From NCBI RefSeq assembly GCF_006345805.1, contig NC_043001.1, positions 59,954,001 through 60,018,000 of the forward strand: DNA of 64,000 nucleotides. The letters are read 5' to 3'. Positions 26,324 through 40,419 of this stretch are shown piece after piece. Each line of letters begins with the position of its first letter. Position 1 is the stretch's first letter. The notes below the pieces were generated by a model. That model made no database searches. It worked only from the letters and a program-made list of their open reading frames with translations, and was not told the origin of the DNA. Origin of the DNA: Octopus sinensis. Lineage: Eukaryota. The position numbers and the translations under genes are program-made.

Positions 26324-27365
26324 GTCCAGAAGAAAGAGTGACGGGGTTTGATAAGTTGCAAGGGCTGTATCGAAGCAGAGGTAAACAGTCGAGGGGGATA
26401 TATAAAAATGCCGTGGAGCCACTGTTGAAATTGACGAAGAAGACCGGCATCATCAAAATTACAAATTGTGTAACTAAAGAAAAATTTAAACAAGAAATGA
26501 ATAAAAAAACAAGAAAATCATTGGGAAAAAATGAAAATGTACGGTCAGTTTGCAAGAGATGTGAACGCCAAAACAGAAACGTTGGACCGGCAGCTATGGT
26601 TGATGAGGAGTGACCTAAAGATAGAGACAGAAGCACTAATATGCGCCTCTCACGAACAAGCGTTAAGAACCAACTATATGAAGTGCAGAATAGACAACAT
26701 TACCGATAGTGACAAATGCAGAATGTGTGATGAGACGGGTGAAACGTTATAGCACAACGTTAGAGAATGCCCGGAATGGGCACAACGCGAATATAAAAGA
26801 GCCATGACAATGGGACAAGAATGATCCATTGGAAGGTCTGCGGAAATTACGACCTACAATGTGCAAAGGCGTGGTATGAGAAAACTCCAGAAAGAGTCAC
26901 TGAAATGAGAATTACCAAATCCTGTGGGATGCAATGATCCAGTGCGATCACCAGAAAAGACATCGAAAACCGGACATTGTTGTGGTGGATAAAAACGAAA
27001 GAACATAATAATCGACATAGAATGCCTCGGTGACAAAGGATCACTGTAAAAGAGGAAGACAAAATAAACAACTATGAATATTTTAAGTGGGAAATACGAA
27101 GGTTGTGGTGAATGAAGAGAGTATAGTTGATACCAATAGTAATTGGTGCATTTGGAAGTATCAACACTCAGCTACAAACATGCTTGAAAAAAATCGGAAG
27201 AAGTGTGAAGGTAGAAGACTTTACAAAAATCAGCATTGCTTGGAACTGAGAGAATTCTTCGCAGAATTCTTGAAACATGACCAGTAAACAAATGTCACCT
27301 TAATCTGCTGGCTGTGGGCAGCTCACACTTTCCATCATAACAAACAAAATAAGCTGTGAATTTTC
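26324..27365 (+). mobile_element. R4/Dong-like (RLE) LINE 3' fragment ending in (TAA)n
   Basis: LKIETEALICASHEQALRTNY...CRMCDETGET zinc finger; decayed PDI..D endonuclease; (TAA)n at 27368-27487. Confidence 0.85.
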
Positions 27366-27419
<54 letters not shown>

Positions 27420-27487
27420 TAATAATAATAATAATAATTATAATAATAATAATAATAATAATAATATAATAATAATAATAATAATAA

Positions 27488-28277
27488 CTTCTTTTATTGG
27501 CCACAGGGGCCAAACACAAAAAAATAGGGACGATACGATACAAGGGACAAGTGGGGTGTCGAACAACGCCGTGTATACGATAAGTAAGAAAAACAATTAA
27601 CAAAACAATTATACAATTAAAATTCTCCAAAAGTTGGGTGTTCCTCACAGGAACAACCGAGGAATGCCACAGATTCTTTTTATCCTGACTGCTAGATTCA
27701 CCTCAACAGGCGCCTCACTCCTCAAGCTCATAAGGTATACAAACGAATGTTCAGAGTAGGCCCATTAATACATTCACCCACCTTTCAACACATTTACTGG
27801 GGGGAAGAACTTCCCTCTCTACCGTCACTTTCCTTGTCAGGTGGAACTGGAAAAGCTTGATAAGAACTTGGCAAAGAACAAAGTATCTGTCTTCAGTCCT
27901 TTCAATCTCGTTCACTACGTTGCCTTCTTCCCTTTAGCCACTAGACAGAAGAAAATTTCCGTTCCTTCTCGGTTAAGGATGGCGGCGGGGGCGTTGCCCA
28001 CGATGGACTCGACTGATAGTCGAATCTGTCCTACATGCGAAAACAGCTCTTCGACAAAGCTCCACAAGTCTGTAATGTGATGGACGAGTGCATGCAGGAC
28101 GGTTTAGTCGCTCTGCGCATACCTCTGACAGGTCCGTCTGACAGCAGTTCTTTGTCTGTAAAGCTTGTCTCGAACGGGCATAGCTCCCAGGTAGCACTGC
28201 CAGGCTAGGGATTTCTGAAAGTTATCCATAGGTTCCGGTTCGAATGTCCTCCAAAAATCAGTTAATTCACCCCTGCC
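27488..28277 (-). mobile_element. Second Tx1-like LINE, 3' part (decayed)
   Basis: Similar to 9311-9850 (MDNFQ.SL...; verified by eye); AATAAA followed by (TTA)n. Confidence 0.7.
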
Positions 28278-30115
28278 GTATTATACCTCACCGCATAATA
28301 CTGGTTCCGTACCCCTCTGAAGAACACTAAAATTCACTCATCAATCCACAAACACTCTCCAAACCTTTCCCATCATTTATCTCTTGCCTCTTTCACACCT
28401 CTAACCATCAAAACTTACCTCACTCCCTTCATCCAAACACTCCGAGGAATATCCTATTAGGTTTCTAGTATTTTTTTATTCTAGTTTTTCTTTTATTCTC
28501 GTCTTTGAACTTCCTCATTCCTCATCCTGTTCATTCGTGTCACACCAACCATTCGTGTCCCACCAGCCCCGACGTCCCTGCACCATATAACCATATAACG
28601 CCCTCCTCTTTTCGCTTTCATGTTCAACCTTTTTATCTCTCAGTATACCTTTCACAACACCAAGTATCTTACTCTCCTCTCTCACTCTATATTCCCCTCA
28701 GTCAACCCCTCCATCCGCCGTCACATGTGACCCTTGATACTTAAAAACACACATCTCCTCTAACATCTCACGATTTATATTCACAACCATCCCATCACCT
28801 TACTTTTAGCTACATTCACTTTCAGTTTCTTCCTCTCACTCACTCTTCCAAATTCTATCACCAGTCTCCTCAGCAGCTCTTCAGAATCCGCCACCAGTGC
28901 AATATATCATCAGCAAACAACTCCTGATTCACCTGAAATTTCTCTCTCATCACATCATCCATATATAAATCAAACGGCCACGGAGACATCACACAACACT
29001 GTCTTAACCCCACCTTCAAATCAAACCACTCACTTCACCACCAACCCTAAAGCATGCCCTAGTTTCTCTATAAAACCTCACAACAGCTCTCAACAATTTA
29101 ACACCTACCCCATGCAACCGCAACACCTGCCACATAGCATCCTTATCCACTCGGACAAATGGCTTCTTTAGGCCCATAAAGACCCAATACTCCTCTCTCC
29201 CTTTTGCCAAATATTTCTCATACGTCTATCTCACTACAAACATTTGATCTGTATACCCACTTCCACTCCTATAACAACACTGCTCCTCCCTTAGTACACT
29301 TTCTGCCTGGTTCCTCACCTTTACAATCAGAACTCTCCTATACAGTTTACCAAATCACACACAACAGTCTTATACTCCTAAAATTTCCACACTCACATAT
29401 ATCTCTTTTCCCCTAGTACCATGGCATTATACAGGCACTGCACCAGTCTTTTAGTACTCTTCTAGCCATATAACAAACATTCATAAGCATCACTAACCAT
29501 TCAATTACTGTCACTGCTTTCTTTAGGCATTCCCCTGTACACCCATCTAGACCTAGCGCCTTCTGGTTTCCCATCTTCCGCAGGGATTCCTTAATCTCCT
29601 CTCTTCCAGTTGCACCGTGGTACCATTTCCCAACAACAGTCATCCTCCTCTCACCTCCTAAAGCCTTTATACTTGCTTCCCTAACACCCTCCTTATTTAA
29701 CAGTTCATTAAAATGCCATGCCCCTCTCCTTCGTACATCCTCATTTCCTTTCACCGAATTTCCATTTACAACCTTCACCCTTTCTTTCATTCATCAAACC
29801 ACCTTTCTTTCCATCTGTGCCACTTTCCAAAACATCTTTTTATTTCTTACAAAATTTTCACACAACTTTTTTCCGAACCTTTCACTCGCCTCCCATTTCT
29901 CCACCCTCACCACTCTCTTTACTCTCCTCTTCACTTCTCTGTAGCGATCATAAGCCTCTCTATCCCCTTTCTGCAATCACTCTTCAAGGGACCCTTTTTC
30001 TTCTCTACTACTGCGTCGTTTACCTGCTCATTCTACCACTCACTACTTTTTCTCACACCCATTCCAACCACTCGTGTCCACATACATCAAAGGTACATCT
30101 TATTACTGCCTCTCT
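28278..30115 (-). mobile_element. RTE-clade LINE fragment nested in the Tx1 relic
   Basis: KALGLDG...ECLKK...DWCSACIMPWY, VFMGLKKPFVRVDKDAMWQVLRLHGV and LFADD. Confidence 0.8.
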
Positions 30116-31200
30116 AAAGACAAATAGGAAAAATCATGTGTGACAAACGCGACCACACCTGCTCACTGTTAAGGAAACATTGGAGATGTTGCAGCCTCAG
30201 TGCGTTTCATCACATCATTAGCCAAGTTATATCGAGTCCTCCACTCAGTGGCTGTTGACAACAGATGGACTGTTTGGTGAGCGGAACACGTCCCTTCTAC
30301 AGGGAAAGAGACGACAGCCAGGCGGTAGATGTTGGAAGCGATGTACACATTCGCCACCTCTGCCCGACCCTTCAGGGACAGCTTCCTCTCTGACAATTTC
30401 TAGGTGAGATTAGTTACCCTGCTCATACTCTTCCCACTTCTTGTCCACCTGGAGGTCCGAACCAAACCAGACCCCAAACAATTTAAGCGGATCTTCCGTC
30501 CTGCACCCCACAACGCTGTCGGTTGGCATGTATCTGCCCTTCCAGTTGCTGAGCGCAGGCTCAGCTACTTGTCCTGCTTAAATTTTGTTCTTGCCACTGC
30601 TTTGTATTTCCTTAAAGTAGTGCCGATCCCCTCGAATTCCGAGATGTCCGACACTATTACGGTGACATCGTGCACATATGCTGACACGAACCTTTTGCAT
30701 CCTAAATCACACGGATGCCCCTCGAAATATCCAAGTTCCTTAGTAATGGTTCGAGAGCCAGTGCGAACAGAAGGGGAGAGAGTGGACTTCCTTGACGGAC
30801 CGAATGAGCAATGCTAAACGACTGCGATAAGTAACTGTTTACTTTGGCCACCGAACAGATATCACTGTACATTGCAGTGATCCAGCGTCTAAAAACGGGG
30901 CCGAAATCAGTCGCTACGAGGACAGCCTCCAAGTATTGATGGTCGATCTTGTCAAAGGCTTTCGATTGATCCAAATTGATTAGGGCCCCACCCATGCAAG
31001 TTTCCTTTTCTACACTCTCTATGCTGTAGCATGTAAGATGGAGGTTGTCGTGGATAGATCTTTTCGGGATAGCGTATTTGTGTGCATCGCCGACCACCTT
31101 ATCGACAAACGCCAACTTCTTGGCTGATATCTTGGCCAAAATCTTATAATCTGCGTTCCAGAGGGTTATGTGCCCACAATTATTCGATCCCCCTTGTTTT
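30116..31200 (-). mobile_element. Second Tx1-like LINE, RT part (decayed, 5'-truncated)
   Basis: INLDQSKAFDKIDHQYL...VRQGSPLSPLLFALALEPLL; LSLKGRAEVANVYIAS; homologous to ORF 10353-11414. Confidence 0.88.
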
Positions 31201-32187
31201 GAAAGTAATCTAGAGAACTAAAACTATACCACAATATATATCGTAAAATACATAATGCATATATACATACATACATACATGCACACATATATACAGACAC
31301 TCACACATATATACATATATATCTATACATACACACACACATACGCAATACAATAATAACGTACATTAAAATAAATGATCCATAACTCAGTAAAAACCTG
31401 AATTCTACCAGGAAAAAAAACGCATCAGTATAAAAATAACAGCAATCTGATACAAGAACAACTATCGGAGGATGACCATCTTTAAAAACTCTCTTACAGC
31501 ACTGGGGTAAAAAGAATAAGCAAAAGAAGCGTACATCAATATGCGCAGTAAAAGAAAAGAAAGCGATATCATAAGCTAAACTGTCAAATTTTGAAATGCT
31601 TATAAATATTTAAAAAAAAAATTTAACTAGTATCATAGGGGCACAGTTTAGAATACCTAGCACTGGCCGATTATACTAGGATTAAATATCACGTATAAAT
31701 AGTCTTCTAGTTAAAGTACTAATTGAAACTCGTGGTAGAGGTGGAAAATAAATGGTCAGGAAATAAGTAGAACCGAAACGGAAAAGAAGCAACATAGTGT
31801 CTATAATTTACAAAAATATCAACGGAACAAACAACAGTAAACATAGTATATTTAAAATCTAGCAGAAAATAAAAGTATGGGACTTCAGCTTAATTTGGTC
31901 AGTAAGAAGCTTTAAAGCATTTCGATGTCAGTAAACTTTTAGAGATATTTCAGTGGAGAAATATACTTTTAAATGTAAATTGGTTTATTATAAAAAGTTA
32001 AAACAAATGTAAAAACATAAATGAAGATAATAGAGGCATGGTCGTTAAAATGTGATAACCCATATATATATATTTTCATCACATATGATAATATATTTTC
32101 TGATATACTTTATATATTTAAATATATACCATTATAATTATTTACAGAATTGTAAAACCCGCTTCTTTATAAGAAAACCATTCAAGT

Positions 32188-32518
32188 GTCTTCTACTATA
32201 GCCTCGGGCCCACCAAAGCCTTGTGAGTGGATTTGGTAGACGGAAACTGAAAGAAGCCCGTCGTATATATGTATATATATGTATATGTATGTGTATGTGT
32301 ATATATTTGTGTGTCTGTGTTTGTCCCCCCCAACATCGCTTGACAACTGATGCTGGTGTCATTACGTCCCCGTAACTTAGCAGTTCGGCAAAAGAGACCG
32401 ATAGAATAAGTACTAGGCTTACAAAGAATAAGTCCTGGGGTCGATTTGCTCGACTAAAAAAGGCAATGCTCCAGCATGGCCACAGTCAAATGACTGAAAC
32501 AAGTAAAAGAGTAAAAGA

Positions 32519-32520
<2 letters not shown>
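32188..32520 (+). mobile_element. Octopus-type SINE, 5'-truncated
   Basis: Same family as 21479-21796 and 46105-46530. Confidence 0.8.
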
Positions 32521-32553
<33 letters not shown>

Positions 32554-32810
32554 ATTATTATTTGAGGGAATAAAATCCAAACTTACATGGAAAAAGATTT
32601 CAATTTAGAAATGCTAAATCAAATTTCACAGAATATAATATATATACAAAAAATTAGAAAAGAAACACCTTTTATCAATTCAAATGAACAATTAAATTAC
32701 ACGATCTAGAAAATTACATAAAATAGAAATATTAAAATTAAAATAAAAATAAAATGTCAATGGTTAAATTGCAAAAAAATATAATAACGTATATAATTGG
32801 TAGAATAACA

Positions 32811-32885
<75 letters not shown>

Positions 32886-32886
32886 C

Positions 32887-32925
<39 letters not shown>

Positions 32926-32929
<4 letters not shown>

Positions 32930-33730
32930 ACGTAGGATAAAATTTCTTCGAAAAAAAATTTATCAATGGTCAGCATATTAAAAAATACCTTTAAAGGTTA
33001 AATTTATAAACAACTTATAAATAAGGGCAAACGAAAAGAATTTCTAATGCCAAATATGCCGAAATTAGACACCCTGTCCATAACTATAAAATTTTTCCCA
33101 ATACGCACGCTACTCAAAAAAGGTCGATAGAAATTTCTAAAAAATTCCATTATTAACATATCGGACCGATTTCAGGGTTAGTTCGTAAGAAGCCTCCCTT
33201 CGTCAGTGATAAATTCGGCAAAGAAATGAATGAGATACTTACTCATACCCATGTAAGACGCAAACATTAAGTCATGAGCACAATTAGGCTGGCCATTGAT
33301 AAAAGTTTTTTTCGAAAAATTTTATCCTACATTAAATATAAATTTAATAGTGTTCACTTCCGGACTGTCTCACTGTGTGAGAGCCTCAGTTCAAATCGCA
33401 CGTGTCACAAATGGGCTGGAGAATTTCTATTTTGGATGTATTTGGGGTACTTAATTGTGCTCATGACTTAGTATTTGCTTCTTCCATGGATATGAGTAAG
33501 TATCTCATTTATTTCTTTGCCACATTTATCACTGACGAAGGGAGGTTTCTTACCAACTAACCCTGAAATCGGTCCGATATGGTAATAATGGAATTTTTAA
33601 AAAATTTCTATCGACCTTTTTCGAGTAGCGTGCGTATTGTGAAAAAATATATGGTTATGGACAGGGTATCTAATTTCGGCATATTTGGCATTAGAAATTT
33701 TTCGTTTGCCCTTATTTATAAGTTTATATA
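32926..33730. mobile_element. Retrozyme-like element with two divergent, circularly permuted arms (junction ~33281)
   Basis: 33012-33281 is the reverse complement of 33455-33724; 32926-32975 is the reverse complement of 33288-33340; TA flanks. Confidence 0.85.
33526..33585 (+). ncRNA. Type I hammerhead ribozyme (inverted copy at 33153-33212)
   Basis: ttatca CTGACGA aggg-(18 nt)-ccct GAAA tcggtccga TA tggtaa. Confidence 0.88.
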
Positions 33731-35001
33731 TAGTGGTCGTATACCGTCAACTCAATGTGACAGTCCCGTAAGGGAATTACACTACCGCCATTTAGCCCTA
33801 GGAAACATCGACGTCTCCTGTCCTATTCTCTTTCGCACACGCGATGAAGGATACAAGAGAAATTTCCCGTTTATTTCATTTTCCATCTCTCTCATTTCTC
33901 TTTCATAAATGTGTGTGTGCACGCACGCGAATGTGTATGTGTGTGTGCGCGCACGCGAATGTGTATGTGTGTGTGCGCGCACACGTTTAACCTGCATCCC
34001 ATAACTGGGTCTTGGTGTGGAGGTTTCGGAATACTGATGAGTGTGGAGCCATCACTTGGCCAATAACTTTCCCAGGCCAGCTCTGTCCTGGGGCAGTAGC
34101 ACCTGTTAGAGTTCCAGGTATGGGTTAACTAGCTTATGAGCATTTTGGAGAAGACTCGCTCATATATAAAACAAGACCCTAATACAGTCTGTTCTGGTCA
34201 TGCATGTCTAACGTGTAGACAGCCATCATGTAGTGGTATTTTTGAGGGTTAAACTTCTCCAGAATATATGTAATATTTTATTCACAGTATATATTAAGGT
34301 TACGGAATCTGTACGCTTGAAGTTCTTGAAAATCACATCTTTGTTACGTGAGATGGAAATTCTCCCATTTTCTTCTATAATGTCATGTCATTCCTAAAAT
34401 GATCAAAATTAAAATTAACTTCTTCAAAATCAGTATAAAACATCCAGTATGATTTCAATTAGACACGCACTTCAAAACGTTAGCATATTGCCAACAAGCA
34501 GCTCGTTCGCACAATACTTGTCTTTTTAATCTTTTCTATCAGAATTACACAAAAATCCATATTTTGATTCAAATTCCAATTTCTATTCTAACAATTATAT
34601 GATTCTAATGTTTACCTTCGAGTACTTTTCAACGCTGAATTAATTACAAATATTATCTTGCATACATTCACATTGCCAGTACACACAGACAAACACACAC
34701 ACACGCACAACAGGTAGGCACGAATAGTATATTATATATGTCTACGTGTGTGAGTGTATATATGAATGTATGTGTATATATATACATATACGTATTGTAT
34801 AAAATATTGTATCATCAACTAATGAATTTCAAAGCGGTTTTTGCTGTGCACTTCTATAAGAGTCCGTGGAACACAATAGGAAAAATCGATTTCAATCGCT
34901 CAAATTAAAAGATCTATCCTAAGCTGCTTATATTACAGAAACTTGCACTCGGATAATAAAGATCATGTTGTACTCAGGAATGAAGTATAGTATTATTTCT
35001 C

Positions 35002-35105
<104 letters not shown>

Positions 35106-35147
35106 CTAGCTAAACTGACAGACAGACAGACAGACAGAGAGACAGAC

Positions 35148-35188
<41 letters not shown>

Positions 35189-35414
35189 TATAGATAGGTA
35201 GATAGATAGACAGATGGGATCTTCACGATAAATTATAGAAATGCAAGGTAAAACTGCAGCTGTGTTCTGTTTCTTTTCAAGTTGTAGTTTACTTTCTACC
35301 TTCTCGCGTTGTTTTCGTATATGTGGTAATGAGCTTGTTTTGAAGATCCTTAGTTCAGTCCTACTGCATAGCACTTTGGGGATGTGTCTTCTACTATAAT
35401 CCCCTGTCGGCCAA

Positions 35415-35463
<49 letters not shown>

Positions 35464-35495
35464 TACATAGATACATAGAGATATAGATAGATATA

Positions 35496-36755
35496 TTAGG
35501 TCATCCCTTCTTAAAGAATGCGTTTTTTTTCAATTGCATGTACTAAAGGTCCTAAAGGTCGGAGTGAGGCGGGATAAGCTCCCTACATCAATTTACTATT
35601 AAATCAGGTAGTAATTTTATCTTTTACTTAATCTTAATGCGAATTTAAAGAGTACATTTCAATTTTAACAGTTATTTCTTCAGAGTTATAGTAGAAGGGA
35701 CAAAGGAGGATATTCGTCATATTTTACTTTGAGTTCAATGAATTCAACGACGCAACAGAAAATGCGAGTAATATTAACGCAGTATATGGGGATCGGACAA
35801 TAAGAGTAAGCCAGTGTCAACACTGGTTCCAGAAACTACAGCCTAGAAGACGAGCCTCGTTCTGGGAGTTCGACGTGGACGTCCTGCAAACTCGGGTGGA
35901 ACAAAATCCCATCGTAACTGTTGAGGAAGTAGCAGAGAAGCTTCGATTTGTTCATTCAACCATTCATCGACACCTGCGTGCCATCGGAAAAGTCAGCAAA
36001 ATGGGTCAATGGGTTGCTCACAAACGTTCCACCTGTGTTCGGGTTCAGGGAGTGAATGTGTTGCTGACACCTCTCACGAACAAAATTTCTTTGGACCAAA
36101 TAGTGACTGTTGTTGAGGTTCTCTATAATATATGTCAAGCGCCGAGGACAGTGTGCAGGGAAAGAAGTTACATCGGCAGCCCAGGCAAAAAAAGATCTTC
36201 ACTCACGTAAAGTGTTGTTATCTGTTTTGCAGGAAATGAAAGGTTTAGTCCACTTTCAAATTTTAAACCCAATCCAAACGATAACAAATGAGATCTACTG
36301 CGAGCAGCTTGAGCGGCTTACGTCAGCACTAGAAGAAAAACGACCATCTTTGGTTCCAAGACGAAAGATGTTCTTCCATCAACATAAGTATCGGCCATAT
36401 ACAGCGAGGATGGCATCACAAAGGTTGGAGCAGTTTTAATTGGCAACCATGCCCAACCCACCATATTCGCCGGACCTTACACATTCTAATCACCATGTAT
36501 CATTTATTCCGCTGTTCTCAAAATCATTTAGACGGAAAAAAATATGAATTCTTTAGACGAGGTCAGTACTGTACTGGTGGAGCAATTTTCATCACCGACA
36601 AGTGAATCTTGGAAGAGGGGCCTTGCAAATCTAGCAGATGGAAGGACATTGTAGAAAATGAAGGAGAGTATATTTTATTAAAAAAAACTTTTTCATCTTA
36701 ATTTTGAAAAATAAAAGAACTATAAAAAACCGCATTATATATAGGATGACTCAAA
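35496..36755 (+). mobile_element. Near full-length decayed mariner transposon (~1.26 kb)
   Basis: TIRs ggtcatcc...aatgcgtttttt / aaaaaaccgcatt...ggatgac; GQWVAH (WVPH) and PPYSPDL motifs; frameshifts. Confidence 0.9.
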
Positions 36756-36935
36756 TATGTATGTGTGTGTGTATGTTTGTATTAAGTTAGCCCTTCCCCT
36801 CACACCGCTTGTTTACTTACTGTAACGATAAAATATGTACCAGGCTTAAAAATAAGATATGTACTAAAATTCGCGGAGGCGATGCCCCCGCATATGGAAG
36901 TTTCTTTAAAAAATTTTCATGACGAAAGATATGTT

Positions 36936-36970
<35 letters not shown>

Positions 36971-37357
36971 CAAAATACACATATATACCTTGAGATTGCT
37001 AGTAATAACAATACTCAAAATATTATACAGACTGGAGTTGCAGTGCTCCAAATCAGCTATATTCCACTTCTTAATTTGAGCGGAGGTAATGCGAGCAGGA
37101 ACTAAGGGAACATTCCAAAAATCCACACTCAAATACATACATATATTCATATATTCATTTATATCTACAGAACGGATATAAAAATTGACATATATAAATA
37201 TAATAATAGATATAAATAGATAAAAATCATATAATATATATAAATATATAAGAATCAGTGTTACATACAAAACACAAGGATAATAGAACATAAAAGGGCA
37301 TAGTAATATGACGTATCAAAATTCCAGAAAATACAGAAACTGACACTCCCCTCATCA

Positions 37358-37437
37358 ACTCCTGATGAGGGGTGTGTCAGTTTCGAAAATATGAAATGTA
37401 TCACATTAATTAGCAGTCTCCGAAACGGCCCGTAGGA
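37358..37437 (+). ncRNA. Type I hammerhead with long stem-II insert, located at an inversion junction
   Basis: CTGATGA gggg...ctcc GAAA cggcccg TA gga; stem I 5' arm is truncated by a fold-back; 37288-37357 is inverted relative to 37363-37532. Confidence 0.65.
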
Positions 37438-39135
37438 AAACAGTTTTGTGATTTTTGTAATTTTGTTTTTTCTGTATTTTTTCTGTATTTTCTGGAATTT
37501 TGATACGTCATATTACTATGCCCTTTTATGTTATATAATTTGGAATTTTTCAATTCTTAATTTCTTTTTCACAAATATTTTCTAAAGATATCTATAATAT
37601 TTATGTAAGTAGTAATGGACTAATTTATTTATTGGTTATATATTTACATGTTTATTGGTAGAACAAATATAGATTTTTAATTACTATATTTGTTGATTAT
37701 AATTTAGATACTTATTTTTATGTATTTATTATTTTATAATTATTATATGAGAACTAAAAATATATTCGTTAAATAGCTTGGTAATAAAATATTAGAGTAT
37801 AACTAGGTTAAATATAGTCTATACTTTATTAACGTTGTTTTAAGCTAAATTATATCTTCACAGATAGATACAGTTTTGTATCTACTTACTCTATTTTTTT
37901 CCTTAAATTTTTAACATAATAAATGTATTGTAGAAAACTGATCCTAATGTTTTAAGTTTCAAATTTAGTTAATGGAGTTTCTTCAATAAGAAAATCATTA
38001 TTTATTTATTTTTTCAATAATTATTTAACTCTGTTTGCTTATTTATTTAACTATTATTGCTAACCTGGAGATTGACTACAATTTTAAATTAAATTCATTT
38101 CAATTAAATTTGGATTTAATTGTAATTCGAATTTAATTATAGCCATGAAACGTACGTAGTTTTTTTACTTATATATTGATTACTCATTTTTATACTTTTT
38201 GTGATCTAGTTATATGTTTTATAAAAATATATTTTATTTGTTATTTATGTTTTGGTTTATGTCTATCATTGTTAGAATTGCATAATAGTGGTTTTATCTC
38301 TAATTCATATTTGATATATATATATATATAAAACTGTGTATGAATGTATATTTACATACAGAGAGAAAGAGAGAAAGAAAGTGGTTGGCGTTGCATGATT
38401 GAATATTTATGACGTTAGTTCCATTCATAACCATGATGTCCAGATTTCTATCTCACTGCGTTGCTTTTAGGGCAAATATCTTTTTCTGAAACATTTTGAT
38501 GAGACTGAAAATGTATACAAGCCCTTCAATCGGATTATTTTTGTAATTGCGTCTCATTGATTCCAAATATTAGTAGAATGCTCATCTTCATTTCCGCTAA
38601 TTCAGTACAGAGTTAATTCTGTTGATCGTTCGTCGTCTATAGATGCCAACCGATTGTTTGAAATGACATACGCATACACAAACACACACAGACACAATCT
38701 TTCGCGGATACAAGGATCCATATATATACAAAGTGCAACATAGAAATATTTTTGTATACGTTATAACTCAACAACTAATAAGTTATGAAATGAAGTTTCA
38801 TTCCAGGCAGGCCGAGTTGAGTTGTTTAATTATTTTGTTACCTGTTTTGGTAGTTTTCAGTTGTCCTATAAACTTAAATGTTGACAGAGGGATCCATATA
38901 CTCGTACATAGTTGCATATATTCTTGAGTAGATGTATGTATGAAAAATATTAAATAATAATTTGTCTTTTGAAATATCAGTGCCAATATACCAATAATAA
39001 TTAAAAAACACTAAATGTCACGTATGTAATAACTTCTTCCTTATCTACTAAGCTGTCTTGGTCTCTTATTTTTACTCAACCGCAATCGTTTTAGATGCTA
39101 ACATGTTTATTTATATGTCGATAATATGTCTATAG

Positions 39136-39429
39136 CAGGCCTGGCCAAATCGAATCACATCGCGGGCCACTTTAATCACAGAAAGGCTTTTGAGAGCCAC
39201 CTGTATACTGACAAAATTGAAAGCATTTTGCTTTCTCCTGCTATTATTACTACCGTTGGAAAAGCAGTAGTATCTTTCTTTTATACATTTCATTACAATT
39301 ATTAATATTTGATTAAACAAATTTAAATGTTTCTTTAAATAAACCGATTTTAAGAAAGTAACAAGCGGGCCGCAAGATTAAAGTCTACGGGCCATAGGTG
39401 GCCTACAGGCTTCAGGTTGACCAGCCCTG
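39136..39429. mobile_element. hAT (Charlie-like) MITE
   Basis: TIRs caggcctggccaa / ttgaccagccctg; internal gcgggcc repeats; 8 bp flanks gtctatag / atctagag. Confidence 0.75.
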
Positions 39430-39709
39430 ATCTAGAGCAATTTTATTACTGCTTAATTTCTACATGAGCAATTTCATATGTTTGTTAGGGTCATGCTAGT
39501 GTTTCTTCATGTTATTTTAAATCAATTCAAATCCTTAATTTGTCTCCTGATGCATTTGAAATGTAATGAAACAAAAACTGCTTCCCCTCCCTCTCTCTGG
39601 CTGTCTCAATTTATTTATCTCTGAATCTTGATATTCTGTCTCTCCCATTCTCTGCATATATGTATATATATATACATATACATACACACACACACACACA
39701 CACACACGC

Positions 39710-39813
<104 letters not shown>

Positions 39814-39880
39814 TATATATATATACACAGGTTAGGTGAATTAGAGGTTAAAGTAACCGTCTAGGGATTAAAGTATCCAT

Positions 39881-39957
<77 letters not shown>

Positions 39958-40419
39958 GTTAGGTGAATTAGAGGTTAAAGTAACCGTCTAGGGGTTTAAA
40001 GTATCCATTATACTACCGGTATATTACCTATATTTAAAAGGCTTTATAATACTTCCCCCATTAGCCTTCTAAATTCCTAATTGTCCAAATTTTAATGCTT
40101 TCTTATTTGTCTTATTGTATTTCATTTTATTGTATTCTATTTTAGCTTAATTTGTATTGTCGTAAACGACTTCGGGCCCCTTACAATATATATCATGCTC
40201 TTATTTATTCATTTTACCCCATTATAACGGTTTTAAAAGCTGGTCTTTTATTTTTAAATTTTAACTGACCTATTATATCGGGCGTTTGACCCTGGTCTAT
40301 CTCACATTGGACAATAGGGGGATTGACTGAAATGCCTAGCATAAAGTACTAATTACATTAATCGACATGCACTTTATTATGATAAATACTATTAATTAGT
40401 ACAACAAATATAATTATTA

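Noticed and set aside
34034-34062. CTGATGA followed by a gtg...cac hairpin
   Set aside because: No GAAA or UH site follows
39825-40400. Duplicated ~57 bp start and a GAAA-tgc-cta-gca-TA half motif
   Set aside because: No CUGANGA partner found; the duplication is explicable by slippage around (TA)n
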